A DNA stretch of 64,000 nucleotides, taken from the IMG/VR virus record IMGVR_UViG_3300033571_009404, positions 124,001-188,000 of that record; one strand, 5' to 3'. Below the pieces are notes generated by a model. That model did no database searches and was not told the DNA's origin. It saw only the letters and a program-made list of their open reading frames with translations. The translations under genes were made by a program, and so were the position numbers. Shown in pieces: positions 48,101 through 56,809 of the stretch (positions are counted from its first letter, which is position 1; the number at the start of each line of letters is the position of its first letter).

Positions 48101-49568
48101 CGAGATCTGGAAGAACATCACGACTGACCCGTCGAATGCTCAAGTCACTGACATCAACCCGATTCAGAACTTGAAAGAGAAAGAAGCTGCTACCTTCAGT
48201 GGTAATGGTGGTCGCAGTTCTCGCTCGATGGTTAAGAGGACTCGTCTGTATCGTGAAAGCGATAAGGGCGTGATCTCGGAGTCGACCGTTGACTCGGGCA
48301 GCGTGGGTATTAACGTCTACATGAGTGCTAACCCGCGCTTTAAGTCTTTACGTGGTCTGCCTAAGGGCGGTTACGATCCTGAAAAGGATGGCGTGACTTC
48401 TCTCTTGTCGACATCAGCATTACTGGCACCTGGTTCTGACCGGGATGACCCTAAGCGTGTGAACTTCGTGGCGATTCAAAACGCACACGGTGTGGCATGT
48501 GAAGGTTATCATCAAATGCCAGTGCGTACCGGTTATGAAGCAGTGATTGCTCATCGTACCGGTAGCATGTTCGCTGTGTCGGCTAAACAGCCGGGTCGTG
48601 TGATCTCGATTAACACAGCAGGTATCATCGTTGAGTATGCTGATGGTACTCGTGAAGGTGTTGAACTGGGTCGTCGCTTTGGTGATGCTGCTGGTCTGAC
48701 TATTCCCCATGACATCGTCACCTTCTTGAAGGTGGGTCAGGAATTTAAGCCCGGTGCCATCATTGCCTATAACACTGGCTTCTTCGAACGGGATGTTCTT
48801 TATCCTGACAACGTGATCCTGAAGAATTCCATGTTGGTACGCACTGTACTGCTGGAAGCTCCGATTACGTTTGAAGATAGCTCGGCCATCTCGAAGCGGG
48901 CTGCTCTTAAAATGGCAACCAATATCACCAAGGTCAAAGAGATCGTGGTGAGCTTTGAGCAAGAGGTGCACAAGTTAGTTCAAGAGAAGCAACTCGTTGA
49001 AGCAGAGGATATTTTATGCATCATTGAGGACCAGGCGACCGCACAGTCTGGTTTATTCGATGAAACCTCTTTGGATACGTTGCGTACTTTGAGCAACCAA
49101 GCTCCTCAGGCTAAAGTCAAAGGTATGATCGACCGCATTGAGGTGTACTACAACGGTGAGTTAGAAGACATGAGTGATTCGCTACGTGCAATCGCTGTGA
49201 GTTCTGACAATCAACTGAAGTATCGTCAGAAATCTTCTGGTAAACAAGCATTTACTGGACAGGTGGATGACAACTTCCGTGTCGATGGTAATCCATTGTT
49301 AATGGACACCATGGTCATCCGTGTGTACATCACTTCGTCAGTTGGTGCTGGCGTAGGTGACAAGGGCGTGTTCTGCAACCAGATGAAAACCGTTATCGGT
49401 GAAATCATGGAGCGGGACATCGTCACTGAATCCGGTGTGGTGATTGATGCGATTTTCGGTCAGAAGTCGATTGACGATCGTATCGTGACGAACCCAGCAA
49501 TTATCGGCACGACAGCTACTCTCTTAGAGGTCGGAGCAAAACGAGTGGTAAAGGCTTACCGCTCCTAA
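45111..49568 (+). CDS. virion RNA polymerase beta subunit, N-terminal part (phiKZ gp178-like)
   Basis: 1485 aa; DDPKRVNF...QNAH, FEDSSAIS and GVGDKGVFCNQMKT beta-subunit motifs. Confidence 0.92.
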   Translation: MILYDQFFRNYAIRLPSDLIRPKLRKINFFDLPRNSIVHYYDDTSIANGPMHDEIYLKKITKPIYLGNVTTLAFQKGNPRLRVPNPADMISKYFSKHRRFIKLRDLRLAGRDQTTAIMYNYNMLQHIYQYIRSNYSHYFEWYNTWATMVANAEQVANESERHQFFVLKLPTLLPSISDMQFGEQQANANVGQSLVRKFDTSERRILLEFWKMLGEHPETSIFNMISERNRNRINFVFVESGRWTFINFGVLMSWKKATKQQLLDAKDNPELMSTLLKKKGFAPLTMQKTFLRNMMSIMQARSINSEEDEVEIDLVEDAPEVNGAPIAKPTPKADTTKQLDKIPTKAGPTGDEGVTIKNPSLKNPSDTTHSSSPSSSGSDVKDESSSDVPVVSDQSLDELDKEFSVAEDIQRHIDEDLKQLELMNKNSLIAEDSTTPENEFALIAGDVEAPTLAESFMKRLDALADTGAITGQDYARLKKHSEEYKTMPIPEVISSSVAGTMEEFVDIKPEDLSIEEPPKLPDIPTVVDKTMLESTLLEFDSQYIEKVMQRDIAAMVLNFQKAGIAVKSYEVEKIENIAGASYVYTVKTVPIEGMPSTWVFRLPVLNKEGEYKSNDVKYNMRKQRSEVPILKVSQERVALTSYYGKIFVDRSDKKVNDFGTWVRNQVRAKGLNPADPTIVNIHPADVFDPKFKAPRAYTIMANGFTDLGVTPSFVPDGFEADSYMLCFDHTKRKALYGEEVVAALEQGGQVVFGRAMRGGFLTVDHHGTIYLTRADMNPQPLMTFDQLLSLDMSKQPPVDFVELRYLGKSVPLAFVLAYEMGLTQLMQYLRVTPRRVPVGTRVSLAQNEFGIVFNDTTLIFNRDNSVASLIMAGWNEYHRSIREYDYHEFDRRGVYFNIFDKHGMTVKYLREIDLMYQLYIDPITKDLLQEMNEPTEFRPLLVRCAQLLTTDEYPDTINREKGYERMAGAVYAELVNAVRAHSGRPNKSKQPIELNPHEIWKNITTDPSNAQVTDINPIQNLKEKEAATFSGNGGRSSRSMVKRTRLYRESDKGVISESTVDSGSVGINVYMSANPRFKSLRGLPKGGYDPEKDGVTSLLSTSALLAPGSDRDDPKRVNFVAIQNAHGVACEGYHQMPVRTGYEAVIAHRTGSMFAVSAKQPGRVISINTAGIIVEYADGTREGVELGRRFGDAAGLTIPHDIVTFLKVGQEFKPGAIIAYNTGFFERDVLYPDNVILKNSMLVRTVLLEAPITFEDSSAISKRAALKMATNITKVKEIVVSFEQEVHKLVQEKQLVEAEDILCIIEDQATAQSGLFDETSLDTLRTLSNQAPQAKVKGMIDRIEVYYNGELEDMSDSLRAIAVSSDNQLKYRQKSSGKQAFTGQVDDNFRVDGNPLLMDTMVIRVYITSSVGAGVGDKGVFCNQMKTVIGEIMERDIVTESGVVIDAIFGQKSIDDRIVTNPAIIGTTATLLEVGAKRVVKAYRS

Positions 49569-49569
49569 A

Positions 49570-49597
49570 GTAGAGATGGGGGAAACTCCATCTCTAC
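49570..49597 (+). terminator. stem-loop after the RNAP genes
   Basis: gtagagatgg / ccatctctac 10-bp stem. Confidence 0.6.
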
Positions 49598-49632
49598 GAT
49601 CGATTTTCACCCAGTCCTCTTTAGGAATTTCC

Positions 49633-49830
49633 ATGAAACAAAACTCTGCCTTTTCGACGTTGGCGGCACTCGCCAACATCAACGAACTCGCAAGTGCCTT
49701 GCTGCCTGCTGTAGTCGGTGGTGCACTGGCCGACAACATCGATGGTCAGCCGGTTCGTCAAGCAACGATTCACGCTTTGGCTATGGCTGAAGTGCAGAAG
49801 ACCTTCAACCAAGTTCTGGAGGCTAAATAA
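49633..49830 (+). CDS. small hypothetical protein (65 aa)
   Basis: ATG 49633 after RBS tagga; its stop overlaps the next start (TAATG). Confidence 0.65.
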   Translation: MKQNSAFSTLAALANINELASALLPAVVGGALADNIDGQPVRQATIHALAMAEVQKTFNQVLEAK

Positions 49831-51314
49831 TGCTGACCCAACAAGCAATTCAAGCAGCGATTCCTCTGGTACTTCAATTTGAAGCCGCAGGTCGCATGCT
49901 GACTCCTGTTCCGGGTTCTCCTCTGGACGGGCTGTGCCAAGCCACTTACAAAGGTGAGCTGTCGCAAGTAGCCAATGCTTCTCCTGAAGTAGGTGGTGAG
50001 ACCGAACGTCAAATGCTGGAACGCATCACTTCCCAGATTGACATCATGACCAACTCCAATCTGGCTGCTGTGGAAGAAAACATCCATAGCACCACCATGG
50101 ACACCTGGGTACAGGTGGGCGTTGATGCCATCAAGAACGTGATCACCGTGGCGCGCAGCCAAGTATCGCCTGCTGTGACTGACTTAGCTGAACGCGTGGC
50201 GGCTAAGTTGAACGAGATGTCGCCTGCCGATGTAGCTGGTCGTGAAATCAAGATCCGTCCGGTCAATCCGATTCTGGATAACAACCAGCTGCGCTCGCTG
50301 ACCTCGAAGTTCATCGATGGTACCATCGTCGAAGATCCTCCGCTGACGCTGCGTGCAGCTGACGTGGACGCCAACAGCATTCGTGAAATGATGCTGACCA
50401 AAGTACCTTCACTGGATGGCGTGATCCAGACCTGGGCGGCTAACCTGTCGGATCAATGGCTGGTGTCTCTGTGGCAAACCGTCTTCGCCGGTGGTCGTAC
50501 TTCGGTGGCGCCTTTCGCTGGTCGTACTCTGCGTGAGATCCTGACCGACAGCCGCTTCCAAGAAGATGCCGCACTGGCAGTATTCCTGCTGGGTAACCAT
50601 CTGATCGAAGAAGGTCCGCCAGAAGGTACCGTGGGTGGTATCAGCCAATTCGAAGATCTGGTATCGCGTTATCGCAATCAAGCAGCAGCTCAACTGGAGC
50701 GTCTGCTGGAACATGCTGAGAAGACCTCTGAGCGTGGTTACCTGATCGCGTCCAAGGCTGGTACTGAGATCGTGGTCAACGAAGCCATCTACAACAAGTT
50801 CCTGGATGAAGGCGGTACTAACGAAGCCATTCTGGGTCTTCTGGTGTCGGGTGACAATGCTACCACCATCGATGAAGTGATGGAAGGCCGTGCTCGCTAC
50901 GAACGCCTGTGGGATCAGGAACTGGCTTACCGTACTGAAACCAACACTGCTCAACTCTTCACCCTGAAGAAGAACATTCTGGCTGACGAGTTCAAGCAGC
51001 AGGCTCTGGAAGACGCACTGCGTGAAGGCGAGGACATGATGATCGCCAACCAACGTGTGAGCGACCTGACTGGCCAATTCAAGCTGTATCTGGAAACCCT
51101 GGTCCTGAAGGATCTGGACAACCTGTACGAAGTGTGCTTGAAGGGTCTGTGCCAGACTCGCTTCCCGGATGCCGATTCGTACGAGTATCTGTCGGACATC
51201 GCCCGCATCATGAATGAGAACCCGCGTCTGGATGCTCCTTCGGCTGCAACTGTTGCGATGCTGAAGTACATCGTGCGCTGGTTGATCTCTCAGCTGCGCG
51301 TATCCTCGAACTAA
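49830..51314 (+). CDS. phiKZ-like virion structural protein (gp177-like)
   Basis: 494 aa, strongly biased codons; in the recalled block between the RNAP beta gene and the protease. Confidence 0.6.
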   Translation: MLTQQAIQAAIPLVLQFEAAGRMLTPVPGSPLDGLCQATYKGELSQVANASPEVGGETERQMLERITSQIDIMTNSNLAAVEENIHSTTMDTWVQVGVDAIKNVITVARSQVSPAVTDLAERVAAKLNEMSPADVAGREIKIRPVNPILDNNQLRSLTSKFIDGTIVEDPPLTLRAADVDANSIREMMLTKVPSLDGVIQTWAANLSDQWLVSLWQTVFAGGRTSVAPFAGRTLREILTDSRFQEDAALAVFLLGNHLIEEGPPEGTVGGISQFEDLVSRYRNQAAAQLERLLEHAEKTSERGYLIASKAGTEIVVNEAIYNKFLDEGGTNEAILGLLVSGDNATTIDEVMEGRARYERLWDQELAYRTETNTAQLFTLKKNILADEFKQQALEDALREGEDMMIANQRVSDLTGQFKLYLETLVLKDLDNLYEVCLKGLCQTRFPDADSYEYLSDIARIMNENPRLDAPSAATVAMLKYIVRWLISQLRVSSN

Positions 51315-51326
51315 TAGGAGTGCTGT

Positions 51327-52052
51327 ATGGACTTTAGGAAACTGGTCAGAGATCCTGCCAAGGTCCGAGAGTGCCTACGTGAGATGGAAGACACTAGCGT
51401 TGTTGCTATTAAGCCTTTGCGGATTTACATTCCTGCACGGTTTGCTGAACGTAACCTCGCTAGTGTTGGTGCAGATACCTGGATCGTCGGTATTTGTGCC
51501 ACAGTGACGGAAGATGGTTTTTATGCGGTATCGCTGATCAATGCGATGTGGCGTATTGAACCAACTGCCACTGAAAAGGTGATGTTTGATGAAGATGAGT
51601 ACTACGAGTTCTTTTTTGAACCAGGGTCTCGCTTCATCTCCACGACGAACTTGGTGAAGACCGATACCTTGGTGTATCGCATCTATGACGAGATCGTCTC
51701 CAAGGCTCGGGTACCCTGGTATCTGAATTACTTGGATATGGGTCGTCTTTTCGACACTGCGAAGAAACACGCAGGTACTAACGTGGGTGAGAACCAGGTG
51801 ATTACTGAACTGATCATCAGCATTATTGCCCGTGACATGTACGATCGCCACATCGGGTTCCGTCTTACCTTAAACGAACCAAACGACATGGTCAATAAGC
51901 GTCCGGCTTACATTGCGTTACGTAGCGTGACTTACGCTGCAAGTAACACAACCAATAAGCTGGCAGGTAATCGTTTCCAAGACGGTATGGTAAGTGCACT
52001 TGTGACTCCTACCGAACGTGTTGAGAAGCTGGAAGAACTTTTACGGAAGTAG
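51327..52052 (+). CDS. phiKZ-like virion structural protein (gp176-like)
   Basis: KARVPWYLNYLD and TTNKLAGNRFQDG motifs; conserved position upstream of the protease. Confidence 0.6.
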   Translation: MDFRKLVRDPAKVRECLREMEDTSVVAIKPLRIYIPARFAERNLASVGADTWIVGICATVTEDGFYAVSLINAMWRIEPTATEKVMFDEDEYYEFFFEPGSRFISTTNLVKTDTLVYRIYDEIVSKARVPWYLNYLDMGRLFDTAKKHAGTNVGENQVITELIISIIARDMYDRHIGFRLTLNEPNDMVNKRPAYIALRSVTYAASNTTNKLAGNRFQDGMVSALVTPTERVEKLEELLRK

Positions 52053-52066
52053 CTAAGGAGCTTTGT

Positions 52067-52291
52067 ATGAGTGACATTCAATTCTTCCATTATGACGCCT
52101 TTGATGAAGCATCGCGTCAGGTACGTGAAGATCCCAACTATTTCAAGCCAACTGGACCAATTGAATTTTGTCACTACGAAGCCTTTGCTGAAGCCTCACG
52201 CCAAGTTCAAAGGAAGATGGCTAATCTACTTGAGTCATTTGAAAGAGATCGTGGTGGTGCGGAACTCCCTAATCCACAACAAACAAGGTGA
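52067..52291 (+). CDS. small protein with an internal tandem repeat (74 aa)
   Basis: RBS taaggag; IQFFHYDAFDEASRQV and IEFCHYEAFAEASRQV repeats. Confidence 0.7.
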   Translation: MSDIQFFHYDAFDEASRQVREDPNYFKPTGPIEFCHYEAFAEASRQVQRKMANLLESFERDRGGAELPNPQQTR

Positions 52292-52297
52292 GAGATC

Positions 52298-53083
52298 ATG
52301 TACGGCATGCCTAACATGAATACCGTTCGCTTTGCTTGCACAGCCTTAATGGGTACCAATAAGACTGGTAAGCTCGTCAAAGATGCGAATGGGTATTACA
52401 CCGTCGTGTTGGGTGCGCTGGATGTTTTGAATAGTGCTGGTGCCTTCTACTCGTATGAAGGTGCTAAAGAGCTGTTTGAAGAATCTGGCCCGCTCATGCG
52501 ACGTGTTGCCAATGGTGCACTGAAAGGTGAGTATGGTCATCCTAAGCGTTTGCCTGGGATGACGATTGATGAATTCGCTCAACGGATCATGACGATCAAT
52601 GAGCGTGACATCTGCGTGCACATCAAGGAAGTGTATCTGGACTTCGAATCGATTAAAGACCCGCAGACTGGTAAACCGGTCATTGCGATCTTTGGTAAGA
52701 TCCTGCCGTCGGGTCCCATGGGTCCGGCACTGGAGAAGTCTTTAGAGAATCCTGACGAAAACGTCTGCTTCTCGATTCGTTCGTTTACTCACGATACTCA
52801 GGATCGTCGTGGTCAAGTCACTAAAGTCTTGAAGACGATTGTGACTTGGGACTACGTCAATGAACCGGGTATCAAGTACGCCAACAAGTACGGCAATCCC
52901 GCTCTGGAATCGTTCGATGGGGATGAAACTGAGTTTACTCGCGGTAACATCCAACGTGCGGTCGATCCCAAGGGTCGTGGATTCGGTTTAGAGTCGTCGG
53001 TGATCCTGACGGCTGAAGAACTGTTCCAATCGATGAACTGGCAATTCGATACCTCGAAGAAGCCTGGTTACGCCAATTGGTAA
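52298..53083 (+). CDS. prohead protease (phiKZ gp175-like)
   Basis: GEYGHP (catalytic His), FSIRS (catalytic Ser), TWDYVNEPGI and C-terminal ALE/GLE self-cleavage-like sites. Confidence 0.9.
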   Translation: MYGMPNMNTVRFACTALMGTNKTGKLVKDANGYYTVVLGALDVLNSAGAFYSYEGAKELFEESGPLMRRVANGALKGEYGHPKRLPGMTIDEFAQRIMTINERDICVHIKEVYLDFESIKDPQTGKPVIAIFGKILPSGPMGPALEKSLENPDENVCFSIRSFTHDTQDRRGQVTKVLKTIVTWDYVNEPGIKYANKYGNPALESFDGDETEFTRGNIQRAVDPKGRGFGLESSVILTAEELFQSMNWQFDTSKKPGYANW

Positions 53084-53091
53084 AACGCCTC

Positions 53092-53126
53092 TAATTGCCT
53101 AGGAGTAACATCCTAGGCAATTATGC
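53092..53126 (+). terminator. hairpin ending the structural operon
   Basis: taattgcctagga / tcctaggcaatta arms followed by tgcc (ttatgcc foot). Confidence 0.75.
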
Positions 53127-53140
53127 CCTTAAATCCGGCA

Positions 53141-53175
53141 TTCTAAATATATTCAGACCCATATTACTTACTTGA
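53141..53175 (+). promoter_or_regulatory. putative early (virion RNAP) promoter
   Basis: Intergenic ttcaga-cc-catattac-N5-tga contains the TATTAC core described for phiKZ early promoters and heads a run of unknown genes. Confidence 0.6.
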
Positions 53176-53265
53176 TTAGCAACAGAAGTAGCGTAAAAAA
53201 TTACACCGCTAGTACCTTCTATGCTCTTAAGGAGTCACAACTATTTCTCCAACGAAAGAGGAACC

Positions 53266-53793
53266 ATGGTAGACAAGGAACAAGCATTGCTGAGCTATAA
53301 CGGTCACGACCTGCGTGTGGCTGCTGTACTCGCAGCAGGCGCTGAGCCTGCACCGCGCTTTCCAGTAAAGCTTGAAGAACTCATCATTCCGCAGCACCCG
53401 CTGTACGATGAACTCAAGTTGCAATACAAGGGTCCCAAAGTGGAGCCCAAGAAAGGACACGTTCTGGTGACCAAGTACAAGACCGGCTACGCCGTGCTCT
53501 TGGGCGATGTCTCACCGAACCTCAAGAAAACCGAAGACGGTATGACCGTCGTGGTTACGCTGATTTCGAGCCATGCATTGAAACGTGCGCGGGTCTTGGA
53601 TGATGCGGATGTAGCACCAGCAGCTCCTTCTGTGAGCAGCGACCCGCGCACAGGGTCCGGTCGCTGGAGTTCCGGAGATACGCGTACACAGCCTGATCGT
53701 ACGCGACCTTCTTATCGCAGTGAACGCAATACCACTGAGAACGAAGGTCGGTTTAAAAGCCATCTGCGTAACAACACGCGTACTCGTCCCTGA
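53266..53793 (+). CDS. hypothetical protein with an Arg-rich disordered tail
   Basis: ATG 53266 after RBS agagga. Confidence 0.7.
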   Translation: MVDKEQALLSYNGHDLRVAAVLAAGAEPAPRFPVKLEELIIPQHPLYDELKLQYKGPKVEPKKGHVLVTKYKTGYAVLLGDVSPNLKKTEDGMTVVVTLISSHALKRARVLDDADVAPAAPSVSSDPRTGSGRWSSGDTRTQPDRTRPSYRSERNTTENEGRFKSHLRNNTRTRP

Positions 53794-53860
53794 AGCAATT
53801 GAAGTAAACTAAGCTTTATCTTTTTAATCCCTTTTAACTTGCAAGTAAAGGAAACTCTGT

Positions 53861-54373
53861 ATGACCACCGCAACCAAAGCCAAAGCCGACGCAACCGTCA
53901 AGGAATTCACCGAAGCCGACCTGAAACCGGAAGTCGTCGAACTGGCTGGCAAGATCGGCAAGGAAATCACCCTGTCCAACGACGGCGTGGCCACCGTGCC
54001 CGATGACCTCTACGTCCGCAACATGCCCGAAGGTGTGACGGAAGAATCGGTCCGTGCTCATCAGAAGTACGACACCCAGTTCGTCGCCGCATCGGCCCTG
54101 GCCTTCGGTGAAGCCGCCAACAAGGTCGCCAAGAAGCACAAGGATCTGGCCGAAAGCAGTCTGACCGTCAAGACCGTCGGTCGCGACAACATCGAAGTCA
54201 ACTGGCAGCGTGAGAACACCCGCCCCAATCCGCAAGTCAAGGGCGAGACCATCACCACCTTCGGTCGCACCACCGTGGCCATCAACCAGTTCGCAGATCG
54301 CGGCAGTTCGGGCGACCTGAGCAAGGTTCGCAAGATCATCGCCAATCGTGCCAAGGAATCGTTCGGCAAGTAA
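53861..54373 (+). CDS. hypothetical protein, probably highly expressed
   Basis: Strong RBS aaagga, very high C/G at third codon positions and its own terminator. Confidence 0.85.
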   Translation: MTTATKAKADATVKEFTEADLKPEVVELAGKIGKEITLSNDGVATVPDDLYVRNMPEGVTEESVRAHQKYDTQFVAASALAFGEAANKVAKKHKDLAESSLTVKTVGRDNIEVNWQRENTRPNPQVKGETITTFGRTTVAINQFADRGSSGDLSKVRKIIANRAKESFGK

Positions 54374-54400
54374 GCCGAATACCCACTGCGATCGCTTGTA

Positions 54401-54447
54401 GTCTAAAGAGCCCCGATCCAGTCACATGGGTTGGGGCTCTTTATGAC
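54401..54447 (+). terminator. hairpin with TATGAC foot
   Basis: aaagagccccgatcca / tgggttggggctcttt; two G-U pairs are compatible with a plus-strand RNA. Confidence 0.75.
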
Positions 54448-54482
54448 GATCTTTATTTTTGAATAAAAACAGGAGCTATGTA

Positions 54483-55163
54483 ATGCGTAAAACGGAATAC
54501 CTCGACAAGATCATCGATACTGACGTGTTCGTCGGTGAACGTGCCACTGCAACGAATGGCTGGAGTCTGTCCAGCGGCTGCGGTTCTTACTCCCATGCAT
54601 TCGTGGCCAATCCATATCCGCTCGTGTTGATCTCGCCTGCTGGTGACATGGTCTGGAGTGCCACCGTCAAGCGTGAGAACGTCAACACCCATGGTCCGGA
54701 AAACGAATCGCTGTATTTCCGTGAAGCACTGGAGAGCCGCTTCTCCAAAATCGACAACGATGGCTGCCCGATCAAAAGCGATGAGTACGACTGGCGTGCA
54801 CCTGTGCTGCTGGCTGACTACTTCTACTCGCCGACTTCGCGCAAGACTACCAAGTCCTCCAGGTCGCTCTACAGCGAATGGAGTCTGAACAGCGACACCG
54901 ATTTCATCAGCGTATCCATGCTGGTTGAACCTCCTCTGCAATGGCGTGCAAACTTCGGTCTGCGTAAGGTACGCGGTCAGCTGTATCGCACAGCTTACGA
55001 CAGCACCTGGCTGCTGATCGTTCGTCCTGGTCAAGGTGAACGTGCTGATCAATCGGATTCGCGCTTCGCACTGCTGCTGACCGAAGGTCGTCGTTGGGCC
55101 GTACATATCGACTACAACGAAGCCCTCAAGTCCCTCGAACGGGAAGAGGTTACTTCCGAGTAA
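54483..55163 (+). CDS. hypothetical protein
   Basis: ATG 54483 (track 54459); codon usage is consistent with a real gene. Confidence 0.7.
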   Translation: MRKTEYLDKIIDTDVFVGERATATNGWSLSSGCGSYSHAFVANPYPLVLISPAGDMVWSATVKRENVNTHGPENESLYFREALESRFSKIDNDGCPIKSDEYDWRAPVLLADYFYSPTSRKTTKSSRSLYSEWSLNSDTDFISVSMLVEPPLQWRANFGLRKVRGQLYRTAYDSTWLLIVRPGQGERADQSDSRFALLLTEGRRWAVHIDYNEALKSLEREEVTSE

Positions 55164-55165
55164 CA

Positions 55166-55200
55166 GTCATAAAAGCCGGGCTAACCACCCGGCTTGAAAA
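55166..55200 (+). terminator. hairpin with GTCATA foot
   Basis: gtcataa-aagccggg-ctaacca-cccggctt. Confidence 0.55.
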
Positions 55201-55210
55201 GGAGAAATCA

Positions 55211-55663
55211 ATGTATAAAGATCTTATTGGGTTTATCGTACCTAGTGGTCGTGTCAAGGTCGATGAACTGGAACGCGGATCGGTACACGTTTTCAAAGTG
55301 GATGGTGACAATATCCCACCTACCATGGCATTGAAGATTGAAGATGAGGTCTTCGTCCACACCATCGAATTGGTGTATTCCAAAGAATATCATCGTCAGA
55401 GCGTGGAGATCACCCGGATCGTCCGCAAGGTAGAAGATCGTCCTCATCCGAATGGGTACATCATTGAGAAAAGCTACAGTACCTATCGTGAACGTGTGAA
55501 CTACCGTGTACAGTTCGGCGTAAACCTGTTTGCGGATGACGCATGGAACAAACTGCGAGAGTATTACAAGCCAGCCATCATGCACTCCCGCTGGCACACT
55601 GCAGATGTAGCTATGTCGGCTAAGGAAGAGGCTGATGTAATCGCTGCGATTGGTCAGGGTTAA
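55211..55663 (+). CDS. hypothetical protein
   Basis: ATG 55211 after RBS aaggag (track 55094). Confidence 0.7.
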   Translation: MYKDLIGFIVPSGRVKVDELERGSVHVFKVDGDNIPPTMALKIEDEVFVHTIELVYSKEYHRQSVEITRIVRKVEDRPHPNGYIIEKSYSTYRERVNYRVQFGVNLFADDAWNKLREYYKPAIMHSRWHTADVAMSAKEEADVIAAIGQG

Positions 55664-55666
55664 TCC

Positions 55667-56065
55667 ATGACTGCCGTCCTTGTCTGGACAACACAGATTG
55701 GACAGCATCGCTTTGTCAAAGAGAAAGGGATCCATCTCCTCGACGTGACCGCGAAGAGTGGTTTACTCGCATTTGCCCCAGCATTTGCAGATGTGATGGC
55801 GTACAAACGAGGAGAACTCTCTCAGAGCGATTATACGGCTCTCTACGAGGTTAAAATGGAGCGGTCGAGGAAAGTCTTCGACTACGTCTGGAAAACGCTC
55901 CTAGCGCCTCCTAATGGCCGCGTAGCGATAGCCTGTTATTGTCCTAAAGGTGAGTTCTGTCATCGCCACCTATTTTTGAAAATGATGCAGGACTATTATC
56001 ATCAACACGGACGTGAACTCATTTACATGGGTGAACTGTTCAATTATAGAAAGATCAAAAAATGA
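55667..56065 (+). CDS. DUF488-family protein
   Basis: DVTAKSG...FAP...Y...Y...M...VAIACYCPKGEFCHRHL matches the DUF488 C-x(n)-CHR pattern. Confidence 0.7.
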   Translation: MTAVLVWTTQIGQHRFVKEKGIHLLDVTAKSGLLAFAPAFADVMAYKRGELSQSDYTALYEVKMERSRKVFDYVWKTLLAPPNGRVAIACYCPKGEFCHRHLFLKMMQDYYHQHGRELIYMGELFNYRKIKK

Positions 56066-56517
56066 GCAAGATTAAATATCGCATGGAGCATGACCTCAGC
56101 CGCCGTACTGTGAATCTGCTGACCACGGAAAACGGTAAGGAAAATCTCAAAACGGTCAAGATCGGTGTGGACTACATCATGATCTCCGATGAAGGGGATG
56201 ACGGCAACGAACGTGTCACACAGACTCAACTGAGTCGTGAGAAGGCGCGTCAGCTGTACAAGCAACTCTTTGGCACCATCAGTCGTAACAAGCGTGAAGG
56301 CTTTTACGCCGGACATGATCTGGGTTCTGCATCACGTGTTCACGCTAAGACGGTTATCATCGATAACCAACTCACCGCTTTCCCCGGATCGGAACTGGCA
56401 CGTAATACCAAGATCATGCGCGGTCAGTGCGTTCTGACCAAACGTTTCGGACTATCTGAAAAACCGGACTTCCATGGAACTCAAAAACCATCCCAAGCTA
56501 GCGAAGGTCAAGGTTGA
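56062..56517 (+). CDS. hypothetical protein
   Basis: Translationally coupled ORF. Confidence 0.6.
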   Translation: MSKIKYRMEHDLSRRTVNLLTTENGKENLKTVKIGVDYIMISDEGDDGNERVTQTQLSREKARQLYKQLFGTISRNKREGFYAGHDLGSASRVHAKTVIIDNQLTAFPGSELARNTKIMRGQCVLTKRFGLSEKPDFHGTQKPSQASEGQG

Positions 56518-56809
56518 CATTGTTCCTGAAGCGGTTCCAATCTTGGAATACGTAGTTGGTCTGGAACAAGTCACCGAAATCAACGCTTTCGAAAGCATCA
56601 ACCCCGTGCCGTCACTGTCTAAACTAAGTAACGCTGCCATTGCGTTACATGGCAGCACGTTGTTAGTCATCCGGGGTAAGTCTCGCACGCAGCGGTTCTT
56701 CATCGTTGTAGCAGGCTGGAAAGAAGTCAGACCTCTGACGATCAAATTGAAAGAGATGATCGAAGAGTCCATCAATAAACAACTGGAACAAGAAAATGGA
56801 AAACGGTAA
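56474..56809 (+). CDS. hypothetical protein
   Basis: 111-aa ORF overlapping both neighbours. Confidence 0.55.
   Translation: MELKNHPKLAKVKVDIVPEAVPILEYVVGLEQVTEINAFESINPVPSLSKLSNAAIALHGSTLLVIRGKSRTQRFFIVVAGWKEVRPLTIKLKEMIEESINKQLEQENGKR

Noticed and set aside
43498-49568. Intron, intein or homing endonuclease in the RNAP genes
   Set aside because: The two ORFs are continuous and overlap by ATGA, with no intein termini or HNH/LAGLIDADG motifs.
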